A stretch of DNA of 64,000 nt. Source: Tubiluchus corallicola (Eukaryota > Animalia > Priapulida). The notes below the pieces were generated by a model. The model was not told the origin of the DNA. It saw only the letters and a list, made by a program, of their open reading frames with translations, and searched no databases. Positions 47,401 to 64,000 of the stretch are shown here, piece after piece. Every line of letters starts with the position of its first letter. Position 1 is the first letter of the stretch. The stretch is from positions 124,001-188,000 of the forward strand of contig JAQGDQ010000132.1 of assembly GCA_030141605.1 (NCBI GenBank). Direction: 5' to 3'. A program made the translations under genes and the position numbers.

Positions 47401-49034
47401 ACTTCTGCCACCCCCAGGTAGAACACACCCCACTGACAAGGTAGGAGGAGCTTGAGATTAAACTCAAATTATGCAATGCAAATCTTCGATATATCCCCAG
47501 GTGCAAACACCGAAACAATGTGTGTTTCTCAGTGAGTTGCGTGCATGCCAGTGCTTATGTCACGCTCGAGAGAAGTAAGAGAGGCAGTGGCTTGGCGATG
47601 GTCCCTCGCACGCTCTGGTCTATTTACTTCCTGGTTGTTATAATTCAGTTTGAAGTTAGCAGGTTTAGGCCAGTAGGAGGAGAGGTGAATCCATCGAGCG
47701 GAAAACTTGAAAAAAAACAATTACTCAGCCAAAGATCAGTGATGCACACAGTAGAACGCAGACAGTGTTTTTTCAAGGTTAAAAATGTTGTTATCACATG
47801 AGGCCATTTTTCAAGAACTCAGACAGAATCAGGTGCCATTATTAGGGACTTGTCTAAATGAAATGTAAATTGTTTAGAGCATATTAACACTCACACAGTT
47901 TTTGACATTGTGATGTACATATATTTCAGATGTAATTACATAATTATATTTATATAATTTTGAGCATCATCTTCTAGGTTTTAATGATTAATGAGTTCAA
48001 AAAATTAATTTTATCTAAACTGTCATCCTGTTATCATAAAAATACATAGTGAGTGAGCAAGTAAATGAGTGAGTGGGAGAGAGAGGGAGAGAGAAAGAGA
48101 GAGAGAGAGAATAGAATGTACGAGAGAAACTGATATAAAAGAGTGGAAGAAAACACGAACATAAAGAAAGAAAAAGAAAGAAGGAAAGATAAATAAGAAC
48201 TAAGAGGCATTATTGCACATAATAATGATAAACTATCAAGTTTTTTTCAACTAAGTATTTAAAAATAAATACAGGCTATGTTTCCATTGTGCACATTTTT
48301 TTGACTAAAAATATCTCCATTAAGATTAATCATCACGTGTGGCTAAAGTTTTGTGTCAATAACATAATCAAAGAGACCTTTAGCCATTACTCAAATAGTT
48401 GACAATGCCAAGGTATTGACACTGAACCTGAACAAGTAGGTGGAATGCCTACTGATCAAGGACAATAGAACAGTGTCAGCTTAGTTCTGGTCACGGCTAC
48501 CAGGGGGAAGGCAACTACTTTCAGCAAAGCTACTGCTGTCACTGCCTCACTGACTATTGCAGCTTAGCAACTGGACCTCTAGGTACAATAATGTTCATGA
48601 TTTTCATGATTTACAAGGAACGCGTAAATTGAACATCAACAAATGCGCACATAACTTACTAAAATCTCTTATAAAATTGCCTACAATTGAAAAATCTGTT
48701 ATTTAGATTTGGTTAATTTTCAGTAATGCAGGTTCTGTTTGAGCTGGGCATTTCATAGCTTTTTAATTCAAATTGGATTTCCAGTGGCCTATGGTCTGAG
48801 TACGGAATATGGGCTTCAACGTTAGGAATCATTGTCTTAGGTAGGGAATGGCAGTATTTTAGTTTCAAAACCCATTATAATCTGTAGTTATTATAAGTTT
48901 ATGAAATTTCATAGGCTTACTGCTAATCTTATGAACCATTTTTAAGTCTGTATGATGATTTTAGATATTTTTGTTAATTAGTCTTTGAATATTGCCACTC
49001 ATGCTGTCTACAGATTTAGATGTTATACAAAATA

Positions 49035-49066
<32 letters not shown>

Positions 49067-49202
49067 AATGAAATCCCGGATGTTAAGGAGCAGATGACGT
49101 TTATGGATATTGCCCAGGTCGAATGGCCATATGACCCCTTATCAATTGTTTGGTTTTCCTTTCTGCATACAAGTATATTTGTGTTATGCCGCATAGTGAA
49201 TA

Positions 49203-49323
49203 CTCAACAAAACTGATATCCTCAACACTCAAAAAAGTGATTCCCTCAACACTCAACAAAAAGTTATACCCTCAACACTCAACACAAACTGATACCTCAA
49301 CACTCAACAAAAACCGATACCCT
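49203..49323. repeat. ~25-bp minisatellite, ~5 copies
   Basis: cctcaacactcaacaaaaa...gata units. Confidence 0.85.
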
Positions 49324-49965
49324 AATTCTTTATAAACATTGTGCAGGTTAGAGAGATAACCAAACCTGTCACAAAATATTTACTACACAAATTACTACAT
49401 TTGGTTGGCAGCGAAATGTGTAAAATGTGTAACGACTAACATTACAGACGATTTCTTCTCACATAAACATAAAATCTCGATTAACTGAGAAAATTATCAT
49501 TGCAAAGTGACCTTGATAAAACAATAAATTGACCACTGGTGTATATAACAATGGTCAATCTAAACACATCATAAATAACTAAATTGTTAAGCAGCTGCAT
49601 TAAATCATCAAAATAATCACCACTTTTCAATGCCAACACAGCCAACACAGCCTTTTTCAGCCAATTGCCAGTTTTACCAGGCACTTGAAAGGTCATAAGT
49701 CAAAACTAAATGAAAATAAACAATTTTGGCAGGAAAGTCAATTCTGCTGCTGTCTGTGAATAATCTTGTGACTGATGAAAAGCCCAGTTATAGTAACATC
49801 ACACACTTCAAGAAATCATGCCATTCTTCAGGACAAGACATGGGCAATAATTTGAAGAAAAAACCAATCTATACAATGTCGAGAGCAGACAGTATATACG
49901 ACTTTGGTGTTACAGGGGACAAAGGTCAAGCTTGCCAAATCATCTTCATGATTGATATACATTGC

Positions 49966-50349
49966 CAGGGCCAGATTATGACCTTTTGGGGCTCTTAGGC
50001 TAACGAAATTATGGGCCCCCCTTAGAAACAGCCACCCTCTAACGCGCCCACACCCATTTTCAATATTTTTTTTACTCATGATGTGTTTTAGCGGTATTTA
50101 CATAGCTTGAAGTGAACTTATTGCAAATTCTTTAAATAAACTAGAATAATTATCTTTTGTTTGTCAATAAAAATATGCTTTAAGAAATGCTACTATTTTA
50201 CTATTTATTGCAAAACAAATTATCACATATTTCAACACAACGGTAGCAAAAAAACAGATTTTTCGCCAAATGTTACCAAATCTTGATGACCCCCTAAACT
50301 TGCGGGCCCTAGGCTACGTCTAACTAGCTTATAAGGTAAGCAGGCCCTG
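49966..50349. mobile_element. hAT-type MITE, copy 3 (inverted relative to copy 2)
   Basis: CAGGGCCAGATTA...CAGGCCCTG ends; internal sequence is the reverse complement of copy 2 (e.g. gcttgaagtgaacttattgcaaattctttaaataa). Confidence 0.8.
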
Positions 50350-51440
50350 ATCACCGCCTTCTAGGTGTCTGTAGTTGTGTCAGATTCATACCATAAGAGG
50401 AACACTCAGATTTTTGAAAATTAAACTAGAACTATGTTCATTATTTATGCCTAACAGAACAGCAGGAAATCAAGCTGCTTATAATAATGATTGTCACGTA
50501 CTAGTACTCAGGCATCAACTTAGTTGCAATGGTAATATCAGTTATTACAATTATTCACAGAGGTTTAGGTCAGCGACAACAGATGGCAGCAGCAGTATAA
50601 ATATCAATGTAAAACGGTTGTTAACTTACCAAGTTACCCACAAAACCAAAAAGTGAAGATATTGTACTTACTTAAGATGTAAAATGGATTGCATAATATA
50701 ATAGGAAAATATTAATATTCAATTATTTAAAAAGATAGCTCATCATAATTTTTCATAAAACATGCTATGTATGTACTAAAGGAGAATATAATTTCTCAAG
50801 AACTTAAAGAGGAAGAAAAAGCAATCTTAAGGTAAGTCCCAACAACTTTCCACACAAAGTTATATTATTTAGCATTATGTTTACCTGCTTGAAAGACTTG
50901 TGATGTAACTAGAAAAGTAAATTACTTACTAATTTAAAATGTTCGCACCAACTAATAAAATGTCATTGAGTCACCTTTCCAGTGTGCACCACTGACACAC
51001 CAAAAAACGTATTTTTAATCTTACCGACACAAAAAAATAATTTATACGTTTGTTTTTCTTAGTGAAGTATGCACTACGAATGCACAAATTATTTTTTAAA
51101 ATTTTAAGCAAAGTTATCTATACTTGTTTTTTAAAACTACTTATCATCAAAATGGCTGTGCCCAAAGGTTTAAATTTCAAATTTTATACAGCTCTATTGC
51201 TAATAAAAGATTTGTGCGCATAATACAGGACATAGGTGTCATAAAATTTCAATATACACGTTTGTAGCTTTATAAATGAAGACTGCTTTTCTAGTCCCTA
51301 ACAATCTACCAGGCTACCAGCTAGCCAATTCCATTAATATTTTCTTGTCCAGTTTAACAACTATACAAGCTTGCTGGGTTGTAAAGGCTAGTCACCTATC
51401 TACTTACCATTTCCCAGTGGCAGCAAATATAAACTCTATA

Positions 51441-52240
51441 CAGTGTTCCCTCACTTATCGCGGGCGTTCCGTTCCAGGCCCACCCGTGATAAGTGAATTT
51501 CCGCGAAGTAGGAACGCTATACTTATTTTAGTAGTATACATTATTTTAAGTCTTTATAAACCCTCCCCACACTCTTATACATAACCCTTTCCCTTAATAA
51601 CTTTTCCCATACTGTACATGTAGCTTTTAAAAAACTTTACTTAAATTCAGTCTTTAACGAAAATTTCACAAATAGCATACACAACACCGCAGATGAAAAC
51701 TACGCACACGCGACAGTCGGATGCTAACTTGAAAAGGAAGAGCTGAGAGGGGGTAGCTGCGCACAGCGAAAGAAAACAAATTGCACGGTGCCTGAGCCAA
51801 TCAGTGACTGGGATACAATGCAACATTCTCTGGTTGGATGCTTTCTACCAATCAACCAATCGTGTGTTGTGTACAATCTCACGTCGGCAAGTAGCATCTC
51901 AAGCGGGCGCAAGTACTACATTTCGTTTTTGGTATGTATTCATCTGCCGAATAAATACATTATTTACTGTAAATGGTAATTTGTATGATTTATAATATTC
52001 TTTTAATGTTAGAATTAACATTTTTAACATATTTTTACACATTTTGTGATTTTTTATGCAAAATTCACCAAATCTATACATTACTGTACAATACGTACTG
52101 CGCATGTGCAAAAATACTTTAGACGGAGTACCGCAAAAACCCGCGAAGCAGCGAAAATACTGCGATAAATATTTTACATTGAAAATCCGCGAAACAGCGA
52201 GTCTGCGATAAACGAACCGCGAAGTAGCAAGGGAACCCTG
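51441..52240. mobile_element. Tigger/pogo-type (Tc1/mariner superfamily) non-autonomous element, 800 bp
   Basis: TA|CAGTGTTCCCTCACTTATCGCGG...CCGCGAAGTAGCAAGGGAACCCTG|TA; subterminal CCGCGA repeats; no transposase ORF. Confidence 0.85.
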
Positions 52241-53320
52241 TACATAATTTTCTCTGCAGCCCATTATCTAAGAAGAAATATAGAATGACAGAAAATATAA
52301 AAATACTTCTCTTTTAGGCCTATATTTTCATATGAACCTAGTCTTCACTTTCACCATCATTCCATTCACTTGTCATTGTCACTAGTCTTATCAACGCTCT
52401 GCTAATTAATTTAGCACCTTCTGCTTCTTTCCATTTTGCCTTCTGCTCAGGCCTATATGAATCTATCTTCTTGGCATGTGGCGATTCTCAGTATCTGGTG
52501 AAACTTTAGTTTTTGTTCTGTTTTGTAGTAGTAATGTAACAATGTATTATTTATGACATTTTGGAAACAAACTAAACTAAACTAAAATAAAACTGGTAAA
52601 TGTTTCATGAAGGAAGCACTTAGGATAAACAAAAAATAAGCAAATCACATACCAACAGCAACAAAGGACTTGATGGCAAAAAATGTCAAGGCCTGGCCAG
52701 GAGGAAAATAAAATTAATAAGTTATTCGCATCTGAAACAGCAAAAAGATATCACTTCTAGCAAACATGGAAATGACTATGTGTACATGCAACCCGTAACT
52801 AGTAAACTGAGTTATCAAGTTTAGATTGTTCTTGTTCATATTTGAACATTTATACTGACTGCTATAAGCTCAGTTAAACTAATAAAGAATTTTACACTTA
52901 GATTACCAAAACTGGTTTCAAAATTAAAAAATACCGTATGTTTTATTATTACAAGATATATACAAAAATAAACAATGCAAGTTGGACCTTTTCATCAACA
53001 TTTTTACATTTCCATTTTTTCTTACTATATTATTAACTCAATTTGTTAAAATACAGGCAAAAACTAGTTATATATGTAAAAACTTTGGCTGAAAAAGACA
53101 AATTTCCAAAATACCTGATGAATAAACAAAGGTATTTTAGTGAGGTAATCAGACTGTAGTGCAACAACATGAGTGGATTTAACCAATGTTTAGGTGCTAA
53201 ATCTCACCAACTATCAGCACACACTGCTTTACACGGGGAAAAAGCATGAATGGTCGAACTTCTGCGTGCACAATGCTTGGATACTAGATGCTTGCAAGCT
53301 GAAGATCTACATGTGAAATG

Positions 53321-63334
<10,014 letters not shown>

Positions 63335-64000
63335 CTGTAAAAAACGAAATTTATCTAAATATTAATCAAATGAGGCAAATTTGATTTCGAATAACAGTTA
63401 CCTGGGAGAAAAAAATCAAACTTTGTAATAATACTGTAGCTTGTTATAATTTTTGTTAATTCATTAGCATATTACCCACATACAGTAATATCCAAATATG
63501 CTAATTCAATTACCCAAAAATAAAATAGGCGTGACTCTTGCATTAATGTACATTTATGTATGAATAAATAAGAAATAAAAAATTAATTATACATAGTCAC
63601 TACTGCTATGTTCACTATATATGTGGCCTACCTCAAGTCTTCGGCATTACACATACGCAATGACAATAGCGCACTGACAGCAGCAAATTCAAGATCCAGC
63701 AGCATCAGGGTTCATTTATTGGAGACAGTTGTAGTGGAACAGGAACCTAGTTATTATCAAAGATATCATGCCTACCAGTGTCTTAACTACATTCAGATGT
63801 ATGTATAGTTTATCTTAGTAAAGAAAATAGCTGTGGGTAGACGAAAATATGCTACAGCAGTTCTCATGGCAACCAGCTGTCCATTTACACTAGCAGGGCC
63901 ACTGTTGCTTAACTTTTGGTCAGTAAGCACACCACGTGCTACTCAACCATTTCTTTCATCCCCAAAACTGTATACCCTAGTCCACTTACATACTATCTTG

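Noticed and set aside
63396-63420. AG|GT ratchet-like motif in an ITFG2 intron
   Set aside because: It is only ~70 nt from the true acceptor; treated as background or a cryptic acceptor.

Overview
AT-rich animal genomic DNA, most likely from an invertebrate (a lophotrochozoan is my guess, not proven). It is not prokaryotic, and most ORF-track entries are noise. Two intron-rich genes lie in tandem on the minus strand. (1) ITFG2, a KICSTOR subunit: 10 coding exons at 63334-53321, with exon 1 outside the window, one GC-AG intron and a decayed exon duplicate. (2) The nuclear receptor E78/NR1E (Eip78C orthologue): 9 common coding exons at 18827-6848, all joining in phase, fed by at least two mutually exclusive phase-1 N-terminal exons (30648-30132 and ~46965-46755). 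The most notable signals are in E78 regulation: a probable CUG start in a perfect Kozak context for the distal isoform; an array of let-7-complementary sites at 20-nt spacing in the leader of the proximal isoform; a textbook recursive-splice (AG|GT) site in the 28-kb intron; nuclear-receptor response elements over the predicted promoters; a ~255-unit (UG)n tract just after the proximal exon; and extra candidate exons. Introns also carry hAT, Tigger, Kolobok and Helentron-like non-autonomous elements, a probable solo LTR and microsatellites. All calls were made by eye; no database searches were run.
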